The position numbers and the translations under genes are program-made. This document shows, piece by piece, positions 1 through 10,314 of a stretch of 64,000 bases of DNA. Numbering within the stretch: the first letter of the stretch is position 1; the number at the start of each line of letters is the position of its first letter. Under the pieces are notes generated by a model. That model was not told the origin of the DNA, made no database searches, and was given only the letters and a program-made list of their open reading frames with translations. The DNA is from Candidatus Binatia bacterium (GTDB taxonomy: Bacteria; Desulfobacterota; Binatia; UBA9968; JAJDTQ01). The stretch spans positions 1,024,001 through 1,088,000 of the forward strand of contig OY762897.2 in the NCBI GenBank assembly GCA_963666515.2, read 5' to 3'.

Positions 1-1251
1 CACGTCGAAGATGCTGGTCCGCAGCATGTACATGCCGACGAACACCAGCACGAGGACGAACGGCGCGATGGCCCGCGAGGGGAGGGTGCTGAGCCGCGCC
101 AGCCAGGGCACCGCCATGAGTCCCAGCCCGCTGGTGAGGATCTGGCTGATGACGATTCCCAGCAGCAGGGCATAGACCAGGTCCATGTGATCCCGAAGCA
201 GGAGCGGCCCTGGTTGCAGGCCATGTAGCACGAAGGCGCCGAGGAGCAGGGCCATGTCGGCGCTGCCTGGGATGCCGAAGGCCACCGTCGGCAGGAGCGA
301 GCCCCCGTCCTTGGCGTCGTTGGCGGTCTCGCTGGCGATGATCCCTTCGAGGTTTCCCGAGCCGAAGGTCTCGGGCTTGTCCGAGCCCTGGATGGCGACG
401 ACATAGGAGAGGAATGATGCCACACCGGCGCCCACCCCGGGGATCACGCCGATGCCGGCGCCGATGGCCGTGGCGCGCCCCACGGCGAGGGGTCTGGAGA
501 ACGTATCGCGGATTCCCTGGAGGGTCTGGCGCCGCCAGTCCGCGCCGGTGGCGCCAGCCGCGGCGCTCGCGGTTACGCCGCCGCTGGCCGAGTAGCTGAT
601 CAGCTCGCTGACGGCCAGCATCCCCACCACGAAGGGGACCATGGGAATGCCGTCCCACAGGTACTCGCTATCCAGGGTGTAGCGGTAGACGCCGTACATC
701 TCGGTGTACCCGATGAGGGACAGCAGTATCCCCAGTCCGCCGCCCACAAGCCCCTTGACCATGTTGCCCTTGGCCGCGAACGCGATGGTGACGAGCCCGA
801 ACACCACGAGCCAGAAGAACTCCGGCGGGCCGAAGGCGTACACCACGGGCTTCACCACGGGCAGGAGGGCGAGGAGGATGACCGCGCCGCCCAGGGAGCC
901 CACGAAACAGGCCGTGGCGGACACGGCCAGCGCCCGGGCGCCCTCGCCCCTGCGGGTCATTGGATAGCCGTCGAGGCAGGTGGCGGCGTTGGGAGGGGTG
1001 CCGGGGGTGTTGAGGAGGATGGCGGGCACGGACCCGCCGAAGGTGCCGCTGCTGATGATGCCCGAGTACATGAACATGGCCAGCATGGGGTCCATGCCGA
1101 ACGTAAACGGGAGCACCACCGCCAGGGCCGTGATGGTTCCGAGCCCGGGAAGCGCCCCGAAGATGACGCCCAGCGTCGTCCCCATGAAAAGCATGAGGAC
1201 CGCGGCCGGGTCGGCCACCCTCAGGGCGGCTTCTGCGAGTGCCGTCTGCAT
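1..1251 (-). CDS. tctA: Tripartite tricarboxylate transporter permease TctA (3' end outside window)
   Basis: Manual minus-strand translation from ATG 1251: MQTALAEAALRVADP...GVIFGALPGLG...ILLNTPGTPPNAATCLDGYPM...SETANDAKDGGSLLPTVAFGIPGS, typical TctA motifs. Absent from the ORF track because it is truncated. Confidence 0.9.
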   Translation of the reverse strand, partial: MQTALAEAALRVADPAAVLMLFMGTTLGVIFGALPGLGTITALAVVLPFTFGMDPMLAMFMYSGIISSGTFGGSVPAILLNTPGTPPNAATCLDGYPMTRRGEGARALAVSATACFVGSLGGAVILLALLPVVKPVVYAFGPPEFFWLVVFGLVTIAFAAKGNMVKGLVGGGLGILLSLIGYTEMYGVYRYTLDSEYLWDGIPMVPFVVGMLAVSELISYSASGGVTASAAAGATGADWRRQTLQGIRDTFSRPLAVGRATAIGAGIGVIPGVGAGVASFLSYVVAIQGSDKPETFGSGNLEGIIASETANDAKDGGSLLPTVAFGIPGSADMALLLGAFVLHGLQPGPLLLRDHMDLVYALLLGIVISQILTSGLGLMAVPWLARLSTLPSRAIAPFVLVLVFVGMYMLRTSIFDV

Positions 1252-1283
1252 CGCGTCCGTCGAGACGCTTGCTTATCGGTAGG

Positions 1284-2243
1284 CTACTTTTTCTTCAGCA
1301 GCGGCTTGAGCCCTTCCATGATCTTGGCGTTGGCCTGCAACACCTTCCAGGTTGCGTCGGGGCCGTCGGGATTGAGGAAGAAGCCCCCCTTCAAGGCCCA
1401 CTCCTTGAAAGCGGCGTCGTCCACGATCTCCTGCATCGCCTTGCGGATGACCTGCAGCTTGTCGTCCGGCGTTCCCGGCGGCGCGGCCATGATGCGCGGG
1501 ACTCCCAGCACCGACAGTTGCGAATACCCCAGCTCGGTGGTGGTGGGGATGTCCGGCAGGTTGGGATCCTTCTTGTCCGAGATGAAGGCCAGTATGCGCA
1601 GGTCGTCCAGCACGTTGCGGACGTGCACATAACCGCCGGCTCCCGCCTCGGCGTCGCCGCGGGCCACGGCAAGCGCCGCCTTCGGGAGGTTCTTGTAGCC
1701 GGTGACGAACTTGACCGGGAACCCCAGGGTGGCGCCCAAGGCGTTGGCCTCGACCCAGGTGACGGCGCCGACTCCGGTGGTGGCGAACTTGATGGGGCGC
1801 CCGGCTTTCTTGAAGTCCGCCAGGCTCTTGATGGGCGATTTCTTGTTGACGAAGACGAACTGCTTGGCGTCCGTGAGCTTCAGGATGATCTTGAACTTGT
1901 TGTAGTCGATGGACGCCTTCTTGCCGCGAAGGATCTCGTTCGACTGGAACGAGACGAAGTGGACGAAGCCGATGGTGTATCCGTCGGGCTTGGACTTGAA
2001 CAGCACCACCGCGCCCTTGCGTCCACCCGCGCCCGGGTTGTTCTTGACCACTACGGGCACGCCGAGCTTCTTCTCCAGGTCCGCGCCCATCTTGCGCCCG
2101 AGGCGGCCGTAGGCGCCGCCGGCGCCGAACGGCACGATGACGGTGATGGGCTTGTCCGGGTAGGCGGCCGGCGTTTCGGGGGCGTTCGCCAGCACCAACG
2201 CGCCTGACACCAGGCCGATTGCCAACAGTTTCACAAAATGCAT
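1284..2243 (-). CDS. tctC: TctC/Bug family periplasmic substrate-binding protein
   Basis: Signal peptide, YPDKPITVIVPFGAGG, VVVKNNPGAGG, KPDGYT, APPGTP. Confidence 0.92.
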   Translation of the reverse strand: MHFVKLLAIGLVSGALVLANAPETPAAYPDKPITVIVPFGAGGAYGRLGRKMGADLEKKLGVPVVVKNNPGAGGRKGAVVLFKSKPDGYTIGFVHFVSFQSNEILRGKKASIDYNKFKIILKLTDAKQFVFVNKKSPIKSLADFKKAGRPIKFATTGVGAVTWVEANALGATLGFPVKFVTGYKNLPKAALAVARGDAEAGAGGYVHVRNVLDDLRILAFISDKKDPNLPDIPTTTELGYSQLSVLGVPRIMAAPPGTPDDKLQVIRKAMQEIVDDAAFKEWALKGGFFLNPDGPDATWKVLQANAKIMEGLKPLLKKK

Positions 2244-2298
2244 GTTCCCTCCTTGAAACAGGTGTTTGAGTAATTCGCCGGCGAGGATGAGCCGCGGC

Positions 2299-4086
2299 TC
2301 AGCCGGCGGGGTTACGGCATATCACGTTCAACAGGGCCTGTCGCCCATCTTCCTTGACGGCCTTGAGGCTGCGCTGCAGGGCGGACGGGAGGTCCGCCGG
2401 ATCGTCCACGCGCTCGGCGTAGGCGCCGCACGCCTGCGCGGTCAGCTCGAACTGCGGCGACGGCGACAGGTCCGTGCCCGGGAAGTTGCTGGTCTGGTGG
2501 GCGACCCCGTCCGGGTACAGCTCGCGCACGGTGCTGAGCGTCGCGTTCCAGGCCTGGTTGTTGTAGATGACGGTGAGGAACGGCACCTGGTACTTCTGCG
2601 CGGTGAAATGGCATGCGGTGGGGACGCAGAACATGTAGGAGCCATCCCCCTCGCAGGCGATGACCGTGTGGTCGGGGGCCGCCAGCTTGGCGCCGATGGC
2701 CGCGCCCATGCCCCAGCCCAGGTGGCCCGCCGGCGCCTGGTCGAAGAACGATCCGGGCCGCTCCAGCCCCAGCACGGGACCCAGGGGCGAGGTCACGGCC
2801 TCACCCATGACGATGGTCTTCTCGTCCACCACGTCGGCGATGCAGCGAGACACCCACAGGGGATGGATGGGGCGCTCGTCCTTCACCTTGTCGATGCGCG
2901 CCGCCATCTCCGCGCGCGTCTCTTCGTGCGCGGCCCTGACCCGTGCGCGCCGCTCCTCCACGGCCTTGCGTAGCGTGTCCGAGCCCTCCAGTCCCTGCCG
3001 GACCAAGCCGTTGAGCACCGGCAGCGTCACGTCGGACGAGCCGGTCATGGCGTGATCCACCGGGAATCCCCACACCGGAATGGACGAGAACAGCGGGTCC
3101 ACCTCCAGTTGCAGCACCGCGGCCTCGGGCCGGAGAATGTCCCGGGTGGCGGGCGTCCACGGCACGTCGATGTCCACCAGAAAGACCACGTCCGCCTTCT
3201 TCACGTGCCCGGGAATGTCGTGGCCGCCGTGGCATGGGTGGCTCGACGGAAAGTTCATGTACGGCGACTGCGGGTGCTGCACCACCGGTATGGCCAACAG
3301 GTCCGCCAACTCCACCAGCGGCGCCACCGCGCCGGGGGTCTTTCCCAGGTAGCGCGTCACGATCACCGGCTCGGACGCACCCATGAGGACTTCCGCGGCG
3401 CGCTCCAGGTCCCCTGCGGGCGTCTGGATCTTGCTCGGCGGCTCGAATACCTCCGCGGACACACGGGTGGTCTCCATGGACTCGTACAGCCATTCACGAG
3501 GGAGCGAGAGGTACACGGGGCCGCGGGGCTCGGCCATGGCGATCTTGAAGGCGCGAGGCACGATGGCGCCGAGCTGCTCGTTGGCGCGGTTCTCGAAGTC
3601 CCACTTGACGAACTCGCGCACGATACTGCCCTGGTCGCGGGACTCCTGGCGCCAGTGGATGTGGCGGCTCTTGCCGCCCGCCACCTCTCCCTCGGTGACC
3701 GGCGTCCTTCCCGCCACAAACAGCATCGGCACCTGGCACGCCTTGGCGTTCATGAGCCCGCCCAAGCCGTTGGCGGTGCCCGGCAGGGTGTGCACCAGCA
3801 CCACCTGCGGCTTGCCCGAGGCGCAGTAGTAGCCGTGGGCCATGGACACCGCGGCCTGCTCGTGCGGTACCACGACGATCTCCGCCCCCTTGGACTCGCT
3901 GCGGTGCATCTTGGCCAGCGCCTCCAGGATCGGGCCGTGGTCCGTCCCGGTGTTGGCGAAGATGTAGTCCACGTCGGGATTGGCGTTGAGTTGCGCCAGA
4001 AAGGCTTCGGCGCCGTTGGCCACGGTCACGTCTTCGAATTGAGGTCCCGGCATATTGAGTTCTCCGTTCGTTTCGGTGCTCATCAA
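2299..4086 (-). CDS. Thiamine pyrophosphate-dependent enzyme (acetolactate synthase/decarboxylase-like)
   Basis: PHEQAAVSMAHGY catalytic Glu motif and GDGSY...NNQ ThDP motif; start codon uncertain. Confidence 0.88.
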   Translation of the reverse strand: MMSTETNGELNMPGPQFEDVTVANGAEAFLAQLNANPDVDYIFANTGTDHGPILEALAKMHRSESKGAEIVVVPHEQAAVSMAHGYYCASGKPQVVLVHTLPGTANGLGGLMNAKACQVPMLFVAGRTPVTEGEVAGGKSRHIHWRQESRDQGSIVREFVKWDFENRANEQLGAIVPRAFKIAMAEPRGPVYLSLPREWLYESMETTRVSAEVFEPPSKIQTPAGDLERAAEVLMGASEPVIVTRYLGKTPGAVAPLVELADLLAIPVVQHPQSPYMNFPSSHPCHGGHDIPGHVKKADVVFLVDIDVPWTPATRDILRPEAAVLQLEVDPLFSSIPVWGFPVDHAMTGSSDVTLPVLNGLVRQGLEGSDTLRKAVEERRARVRAAHEETRAEMAARIDKVKDERPIHPLWVSRCIADVVDEKTIVMGEAVTSPLGPVLGLERPGSFFDQAPAGHLGWGMGAAIGAKLAAPDHTVIACEGDGSYMFCVPTACHFTAQKYQVPFLTVIYNNQAWNATLSTVRELYPDGVAHQTSNFPGTDLSPSPQFELTAQACGAYAERVDDPADLPSALQRSLKAVKEDGRQALLNVICRNPAG

Positions 4087-4204
4087 GTATCAACCGCATC
4101 CCTCGCCTGTCAAATCGACGTTCCGGCGTGGTTCGGGTTTGACCGGGTATTCGAATCATTTTATGTTCGACGTTCAGCACACGGGAGACACGGAGGGAGC
4201 GGCC

Positions 4205-4567
4205 ATGAGCGAGTCTGGAAAGGATTCGGAGAAGATCGAGGGCACCTACGTGTTCGACGGAGCCCAGTCGCGCAAGGGCTACCGCCTCAACAGGTTCTTC
4301 TTCTCCCTCAACAAGGCCGAGAACCGCGCGGCCTACAAGGAGGATGCCGAGGCGCTGATGGACAGCTTCGGGCTGTCCGACTGGGAGAAGGAGAAGCTGC
4401 GCGAGAAGGACTGGCTGGCGTTGGCGCGGGAGGGCGGCGCCAACATCTACTTCATGTACAAGATGGGCTCGGTGACGGGCGACAGCCTCCAGCATATCGG
4501 CGCGGCGTTCCGCGGGGAGACGCTGGAGGAGTTCCTCAGCACGCGAAAGGTCCAGGGGGCCAGGTAA
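4205..4567 (+). CDS. ligA: Protocatechuate 4,5-dioxygenase alpha subunit-like
   Basis: GTYVFDGAQSRKGYRLNRFFFSLNKAENR and GANIYFMYK; RBS GGAGGGAG upstream; directly precedes a ligB-like gene. Confidence 0.85.
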   Translation: MSESGKDSEKIEGTYVFDGAQSRKGYRLNRFFFSLNKAENRAAYKEDAEALMDSFGLSDWEKEKLREKDWLALAREGGANIYFMYKMGSVTGDSLQHIGAAFRGETLEEFLSTRKVQGAR

Positions 4568-4568
4568 C

Positions 4569-5417
4569 ATGGGCAGGATCGTCGCAGGAATCGGATCGTC
4601 GCACGTCCCCGCCGCGGGCGCGGCGTTCGACCAGGGCAAGCAGGACGCTCCCGAGTGGAAGCCGCTGTTCGACGGCTACCGGCCGGCCATGGAGTGGCTC
4701 CGGGAAGCCCGCATCGACGTGGCCGTCTTCATCTACAACGACCACGGCTCGGGCTTCTTCTTCGACAAGTACCCCACCTTCGCCATGGGCGTGGCCGACA
4801 GCTACCCGCCGGCGGACGAGGGCTGGGGCCCGCGCCCGCTGGAGCCGGTGCCCGGTGACCCCGAGTTCTCGTGGCACGTGGCCGAGTCGCTGATCCGTGA
4901 GAGCGAGTTCGACATGACCGTGTGCCAGGAGCTGACGGTGGACCACGGGCTGCTGACGCCGTTGCCGATGCTTTGGGCCCACCAGCCCAGTTGGGACATC
5001 AAGGTGGTGCCGGTGGCGGTCAACGTGGTGCAGCACCCGCTGCCCACGGCGCGCCGCCTGTGGAAGCTGGGGCAGGCCCTGCGCTTGGCCGTGGAGAGCT
5101 ATACCGAGGACATCCGCGTGGCAGTCCTGGGCACCGGCGGGTTGTCGCATCAACTCCACGGCGAGCGCTTCGGCTTCCGCAACGAGGAGTGGGACCGGCG
5201 CTTCATGGAGCGCATCGTGAACGACCCCGAGGAACTGGTGGGACTGTCGCACCACGACTACATGGTGCAGGGGGGCGCAGAGGCGGTGGAGATGATCATG
5301 TGGCTGGGCATGCGCGGCGCCATGTCCCCCGAGGTGAAGCTGGTGCACCAGAACTACTACGCGCCGATGCTGACCGGCATGGGCCTGCTGCTCCTGGAAG
5401 ACACCGCGACGTCGTGA
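4569..5417 (+). CDS. ligB: Class III extradiol dioxygenase beta subunit (protocatechuate 4,5-dioxygenase-like)
   Basis: SSHVPA, YNDH, VDHG, GTGGLSHQLHGER, EAVEMIMW. Confidence 0.9.
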   Translation: MGRIVAGIGSSHVPAAGAAFDQGKQDAPEWKPLFDGYRPAMEWLREARIDVAVFIYNDHGSGFFFDKYPTFAMGVADSYPPADEGWGPRPLEPVPGDPEFSWHVAESLIRESEFDMTVCQELTVDHGLLTPLPMLWAHQPSWDIKVVPVAVNVVQHPLPTARRLWKLGQALRLAVESYTEDIRVAVLGTGGLSHQLHGERFGFRNEEWDRRFMERIVNDPEELVGLSHHDYMVQGGAEAVEMIMWLGMRGAMSPEVKLVHQNYYAPMLTGMGLLLLEDTATS

Positions 5418-5419
5418 AT

Positions 5420-6301
5420 ATGGAGCGCGCGCAGGAAGGAACGGACGCGCTCCGGGTGACGCTTCTGGGCACGGGCCGGCCCAAGCCCCAGCCGGGGCGC
5501 ACGGGTCCTGCGGCCATGGTGGAGGCGGCCGGAAAGTATTTCGTCTTCGACTGCGGCCGCTGCACCCTGCAACGTCTGGAGGAAGCCGGGGTCCCCATGG
5601 GCGAGCTTCGGTACCTGTTCCTTACCCACCTCCACTCCGACCACATCGTGGGCATCCCCGATTTCTGGCTGACGCCGTGGATCTTCGGCCGCGGCGACCG
5701 TCCGTTGCGCGTGTGGGGACCTGAGGGCACCAGCCGGATGATGTCCAAGCTGGCAGAGGCCTTCGAGTACGACATCCACCTGCGCCGGGACGTGGACGAG
5801 CGCCTCGACCCCGGCGGCGTGGAGGTCATCGCCGAGGACGTGAAGCAGGGCTTCGTCTATGAGGAGGAGGGCCTGAGGATCACCGTCTTCGACGTGGACC
5901 ACGCGCCCATCAAGCCCGCCTTCGGCTACCGCATCGACTACAACGGACGGTCTGCGGTCCTTTCCGGCGACACCCGCTACAGCGAGAACCTCATCGAGTT
6001 CTCGCGCGGCGTGGACCTGCTGGTGCACGAGGTCGCCGCCGCCCCTGCGGCCGAGCTTCAACGCTCCGAGCGGCTGGCCCACGTCATCGGCCACCACACC
6101 TCGCCCGAGGAAGCCGCATCGGTCTTCTCCCAGGCCAAACCCAAGGTCGCCGCCTTCACCCACGTGGTCGCGTACGGCGTCGAGCGCGGCGAGATCCTCG
6201 AACGGACGCGGGCAGGCTACTCCGGCGAGTTGGTCATGGGCGAGGACCTGATGCGGTTCGAGATCACCGACGAAGTGACGGTCGTCCCGCCGGGGTCGTG
6301 A
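5420..6301 (+). CDS. MBL-fold metallo-hydrolase (RNase Z/AtsA-like)
   Basis: VTLLGTG, FDCG, THLHSDH, SGDT, HE, HTS; ATG 5420 lies in the frame of ORF 4922..6301. Confidence 0.88.
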   Translation: MERAQEGTDALRVTLLGTGRPKPQPGRTGPAAMVEAAGKYFVFDCGRCTLQRLEEAGVPMGELRYLFLTHLHSDHIVGIPDFWLTPWIFGRGDRPLRVWGPEGTSRMMSKLAEAFEYDIHLRRDVDERLDPGGVEVIAEDVKQGFVYEEEGLRITVFDVDHAPIKPAFGYRIDYNGRSAVLSGDTRYSENLIEFSRGVDLLVHEVAAAPAAELQRSERLAHVIGHHTSPEEAASVFSQAKPKVAAFTHVVAYGVERGEILERTRAGYSGELVMGEDLMRFEITDEVTVVPPGS

Positions 6302-6426
6302 CGGCTGCCATGTCGTTGCGTTCGAATCACGAAAACGGTTTACTTGGAAACCGCATTCGCGGTAGAGGGGGGGTATTCCGGTGGGATAAGCCAAGACCAT
6401 TTTTCCCGAGCAGAAAGGTGCTGAAG

Positions 6427-8997
6427 ATGAAAACCAAGACCTCCGTATTGGTTATTGTCGGCGTGCTCCTGCTGGCGAGCGTCCTTTCCAATGCACGCCA
6501 AGCCTCGGCACAGCAAGCCTGTCCGCCCCTTCCCGATGGATCCCCTTCTGCGAACCTGAGTGTCACGGCACAACAGGTAGAGGCAGGCGACGCTAGCCTC
6601 AAGGACTTCGTGCTGGCTGCGAGAGATCGATATAGCGCCTTGGCCAAAGAATTCCCGCCTATGGAAGCAGTAGCACGCTTCGGATGTCTCGTCAGGCACG
6701 AGGTTTCTCCTTCTCGTTCCACCTACATTGTGGCGCTGACGCTTGACGGCAGGGTGTTTGTTCACGCGAAGGACATGTCCTTGTCGGGCAGGCAGATAAA
6801 CTTCTTGATATACGGCGAAATTCTTTCCGCGCTCGGAGCATCCTCCAGCGATCTATTGGGCCTGGCTTCCTCCGATCCCGGTGTCCGCGACCAAGCTGGT
6901 GCCTCCATCTTCAGGACGCTTGCTCAGCAACTGGATGGCCCGTTCGATGCAACCACTGCCGTGCCAGGCCTGCGGCCAGGGATTCCGGGTGCCTCCGGAT
7001 ATGCTGGCGTATACCTGTCGGGCAATGTAGGGGTTCCGCTGGTGCTGGTCGCCGGTTTCGACCTCAATGAATCTCATGTGACCCGCGAAGACATCGACTA
7101 TGGCGATCCGGCCATAACTGCCAAGGACGTAGTGGATCGCGAAACCTTGAAAGCCTTCGTCGCGGAGGCATCCAAGTTCATTGTCGATACCATCGAGAGC
7201 AGCGATCCAAACGCTCTTTCGAAAGCCCGGATCGCCTTGCGGGATCCGGACGGCCCTTGGCGACACGGTTCGGTGTACCTCTACGTACTGGATCGCAACA
7301 GCAACATCATCCTGTCCCACGGCGCGTTTCCGGACAGATTTGAGCTTCGACCTCTGGTACCGACGGTCCGAGATGTCGTGACCGGAGAGTTCGTCCTGTC
7401 CCAGGTCCTCGCCGCGGCGGCCAGCAGCCCGGAAGGCGGCTTCGTGCAGTATTACTTCGACAATCCCACCGACGACACCGACAGCGCCGACATCCCCAAG
7501 GTGGGCTACGCCCGCCAGGTCACCGGTGTCACCAGTAGAGATGCAATCCCCTACGACTACGTCATCGGGTCGGGTTTCTATCTGAGCGCACCCAACGTGA
7601 CCGCCGCGCGCCAGAACACTGCCGTCACGGTCGTGCTGCCCCAGGTCATGCGGGCCATGACCGCGAGCACGGTCGATGCCGTCTCCGGCCGCATCCAGCA
7701 GGCCACCGCCGCCGGCGCCGCGCCGGCCAAAGGCTTCCGCCTCGGCGGCGCCTCCACGCTCTCCGATGCCCTGCTGGCCAACGGGCGGGCACTGGGGAAC
7801 GGCACTTTCGACCTCAGCCGGCTGCTCGCGGGCTCGTCCTTCACCCTGCCGCTCAACGCGGCGAGGACCAAAGGGAGCGGGCCGTTCGGGAACCTGACGC
7901 TCTGGGGCAGCGGCGACTACCGCAACTTCGACGGCGGCAACAGTAATACGATGACCTACGACGGCAACGTGGTCAGCGCCAACCTCGGGGTCGATACCCG
8001 GCTGGGCGCGGACCTGCTGGCGGGGATGGCGGTGGCGTGGGCGCGGGGGGCGGTGGATTACATCGACTCCAGCCTGACGGGCGAGTTCACCACCACCGTG
8101 ACGAGCGTCAACCCCTACGTGGGCTGGCAGGCGCCGAGCGGCATGAACCTGTGGGCCACGGCCGGCTATGGCTGGGGCGAGGTGGAGATCGACGATCCGG
8201 CGGAAGACGCGCAAGCGAGCGACCTGACGCAGCGGATGGTCGCGGCGGGGGTGAGCGGGCCGCTGGCGTCCAGCGATCAGTTGATCGAAGGCGGCACCAC
8301 GAGCCTGCGGCTGAAGGGCGAGACGGCCTTCACGTGGGCTGATATCGAGGGGGCCGGAACCCTCCAAGGCGTGAAGTTGAATGCCAGCCGGCAACGGCTG
8401 ATGGTCGAAGGGGTGCACGACCGGACACTCGCCTCGGGGGCCACCCTCACCCCCTCGGTCGAGGTGGGCATGCGGTATGACGGCGGGGACGGCGACACGG
8501 GCCAGAGCCTGGAGATCGGAGGCGGCCTTCGCTATGCCGACCCGGCCACCGGGTTGACCGTCGAAGGCCGTGCCCGGACCGTGCCGGTGCATGGCGGCGA
8601 CTACCGGGAATGGGGCGTGAGCGGGCTGGTGCGGCTCGATCCCGGCGCGTCTGGTATCGGGCTCGCCCTCAGCGTGCAGCCGGCGTGGGGCCGGACGGCC
8701 AGCGGGGTGCAACGGTTGTGGGAGACCGGCATGACCGGAGGCGTGGCAGCCAACCCGGCGGCCGGGCGCGTGGACGCGCGGCTCGCCTATGGCATCGGCA
8801 CCACGTGGGGCGGCCAAGGTGTGCTGACGCCCTACACCGACGTGTCGCTGTCCGGGGAAGGGTCCCGGCGGCTGAGCGTGGGCGGGCAATTCAACATCGG
8901 GCCGTCAGTGAGGATGAGCCTGGAAGGCGTGCACAACCGGCCGGCGCGGGGCCTCACAAGCCACGGCGTGATGCTGCGCGGCAGCATGAACTGGTAG
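6427..8997 (+). CDS. Autotransporter with tandem Cache-like passenger domains
   Basis: Sec signal peptide; Cache-like segment (GPWRHGSVYLYVLD...HGAFP...GGFVQYYFDNP...PKVGYAR...IGSGFY); C-terminal beta-barrel (LWGSGDY...TPSVEVGMRYDGGD) ending in Trp. Confidence 0.85.
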   Translation: MKTKTSVLVIVGVLLLASVLSNARQASAQQACPPLPDGSPSANLSVTAQQVEAGDASLKDFVLAARDRYSALAKEFPPMEAVARFGCLVRHEVSPSRSTYIVALTLDGRVFVHAKDMSLSGRQINFLIYGEILSALGASSSDLLGLASSDPGVRDQAGASIFRTLAQQLDGPFDATTAVPGLRPGIPGASGYAGVYLSGNVGVPLVLVAGFDLNESHVTREDIDYGDPAITAKDVVDRETLKAFVAEASKFIVDTIESSDPNALSKARIALRDPDGPWRHGSVYLYVLDRNSNIILSHGAFPDRFELRPLVPTVRDVVTGEFVLSQVLAAAASSPEGGFVQYYFDNPTDDTDSADIPKVGYARQVTGVTSRDAIPYDYVIGSGFYLSAPNVTAARQNTAVTVVLPQVMRAMTASTVDAVSGRIQQATAAGAAPAKGFRLGGASTLSDALLANGRALGNGTFDLSRLLAGSSFTLPLNAARTKGSGPFGNLTLWGSGDYRNFDGGNSNTMTYDGNVVSANLGVDTRLGADLLAGMAVAWARGAVDYIDSSLTGEFTTTVTSVNPYVGWQAPSGMNLWATAGYGWGEVEIDDPAEDAQASDLTQRMVAAGVSGPLASSDQLIEGGTTSLRLKGETAFTWADIEGAGTLQGVKLNASRQRLMVEGVHDRTLASGATLTPSVEVGMRYDGGDGDTGQSLEIGGGLRYADPATGLTVEGRARTVPVHGGDYREWGVSGLVRLDPGASGIGLALSVQPAWGRTASGVQRLWETGMTGGVAANPAAGRVDARLAYGIGTTWGGQGVLTPYTDVSLSGEGSRRLSVGGQFNIGPSVRMSLEGVHNRPARGLTSHGVMLRGSMNW

Positions 8998-9080
8998 ACG
9001 TACCCGGTTAGATGGATAAATCCAGGTAACTCCACTCTGGGACTCGGTCTAAGCGCATACAGGGGGAATGTGATCGTCTA

Positions 9081-9166
9081 TAATTCATGTAATATTCATG
9101 TAAAAACCATGATTATTAGTGCTAAGTTCACACATTTTTGATATACTAACAAATGCAATTTATAAA
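9081..9166 (+). promoter_or_regulatory. AT-rich promoter region with 11-bp-phased direct repeats and a sigma70-like promoter
   Basis: ATTCATGTAA at 9083 and 9094, third CATG at 9108; TTGATA(9138)-17 bp-TATAAA(9161). Confidence 0.5.
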
Positions 9167-9231
9167 TTTACAAAGACACGCGGGCAGAGTCATGCGCGCT
9201 CACACGGAGGTAAACCGAGGAGGAAACGATC

Positions 9232-10314
9232 ATGAAGGTTCCGGGCTGCGTTTATAAACTGGCTGTTTTTCTGGTTGTCTGTACTTGCGGGTTTTTCTCG
9301 GGCGCGCCCTCCGCCTTCGCAAGCGAGAGTGACTGCCCACGCCCTGCGGGCGTGACCATTAATCCTCTTGCCACGCCGGCGGTAAGGGCGGACAGCGGCG
9401 ACGTGACGGGCCTGGCGCTGGCGGCAAGATCATACAGGAGTGTCATCACCAATCACCTGGAACGAACCTACTTCTATTGCCTCATCAGGGAGGACAACGG
9501 CGTCTGGCGTGCCGGCGATACCTACCTCATCTTCCTTCTCCCGGAAGACGCCAGCGGCTCGCCCGGTTCGCCCGGGTGGCGGGTGTCTGTACACGCGAAG
9601 GACATGGGCTTGGGCGGCAGGCTGCTCAATCCCGCTGCCACCAAGGCCATCCTTCAAGCGATCGGTGAAGTCGATAGCGACGGCGGCCGGGTATCCGGGG
9701 GAGGGCACGCCGTCTGGTATAAAACCCCCCTGTCCCATATTCCCGGTATCCTGCTCGCCGGCGTGGATATTCAGGAATCCGACCTGGTGGACGAACCATA
9801 CGACCCCGCAATTATCCCGGACGTAACGGCCAGAGACGTGGTGGACCGCCAAACGCTGAAACAATTCGTGAACGGGGCGATAGCCGAAGTGGCCGAGATA
9901 TACTTGGAGGAAGATATTATTGGCCAGGCAAAAATAAGGCGTGTCCTCCGGGACCCGAACGGCCCCTGGAGGCACGGCTCCGTCTACCTGTTCCTGATGG
10001 ATGACACCGGCTACGTGACCGTTCACGGGGCGTTCCCGGACAAATACGAATACCAGAGGCCCACGGACACCCTGCGGGACGCCGTCACCGGCAAGCTCAT
10101 CCTGCCGCAGATCATCGAGGCGGCGAAAAGCAGCCCGGAGGGCGGCTTCGTGGAGTATTACTTCGACGACCCGAACGACGACACCGACAGCGCCGACATC
10201 CCCAAGGTGACCTTCGCCCGCGCGTATGAATTCGAGGCCGACTTTGCCGGAAGGCTTGTAAAATTTGAACGAATCGTGGGCGCGGGCATTTACTTGGCCT
10301 CACCCAACAGGTGA
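9232..10314 (+). CDS. Secreted Cache-like domain protein (passenger of a truncated autotransporter paralog)
   Basis: Signal peptide; HAKDM, DVVDRQTLKQFV, GPWRHGSVYLF, GGFVEYYFDDP shared with 6427..8997; RBS GAGGAGG. Confidence 0.85.
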   Translation: MKVPGCVYKLAVFLVVCTCGFFSGAPSAFASESDCPRPAGVTINPLATPAVRADSGDVTGLALAARSYRSVITNHLERTYFYCLIREDNGVWRAGDTYLIFLLPEDASGSPGSPGWRVSVHAKDMGLGGRLLNPAATKAILQAIGEVDSDGGRVSGGGHAVWYKTPLSHIPGILLAGVDIQESDLVDEPYDPAIIPDVTARDVVDRQTLKQFVNGAIAEVAEIYLEEDIIGQAKIRRVLRDPNGPWRHGSVYLFLMDDTGYVTVHGAFPDKYEYQRPTDTLRDAVTGKLILPQIIEAAKSSPEGGFVEYYFDDPNDDTDSADIPKVTFARAYEFEADFAGRLVKFERIVGAGIYLASPNR

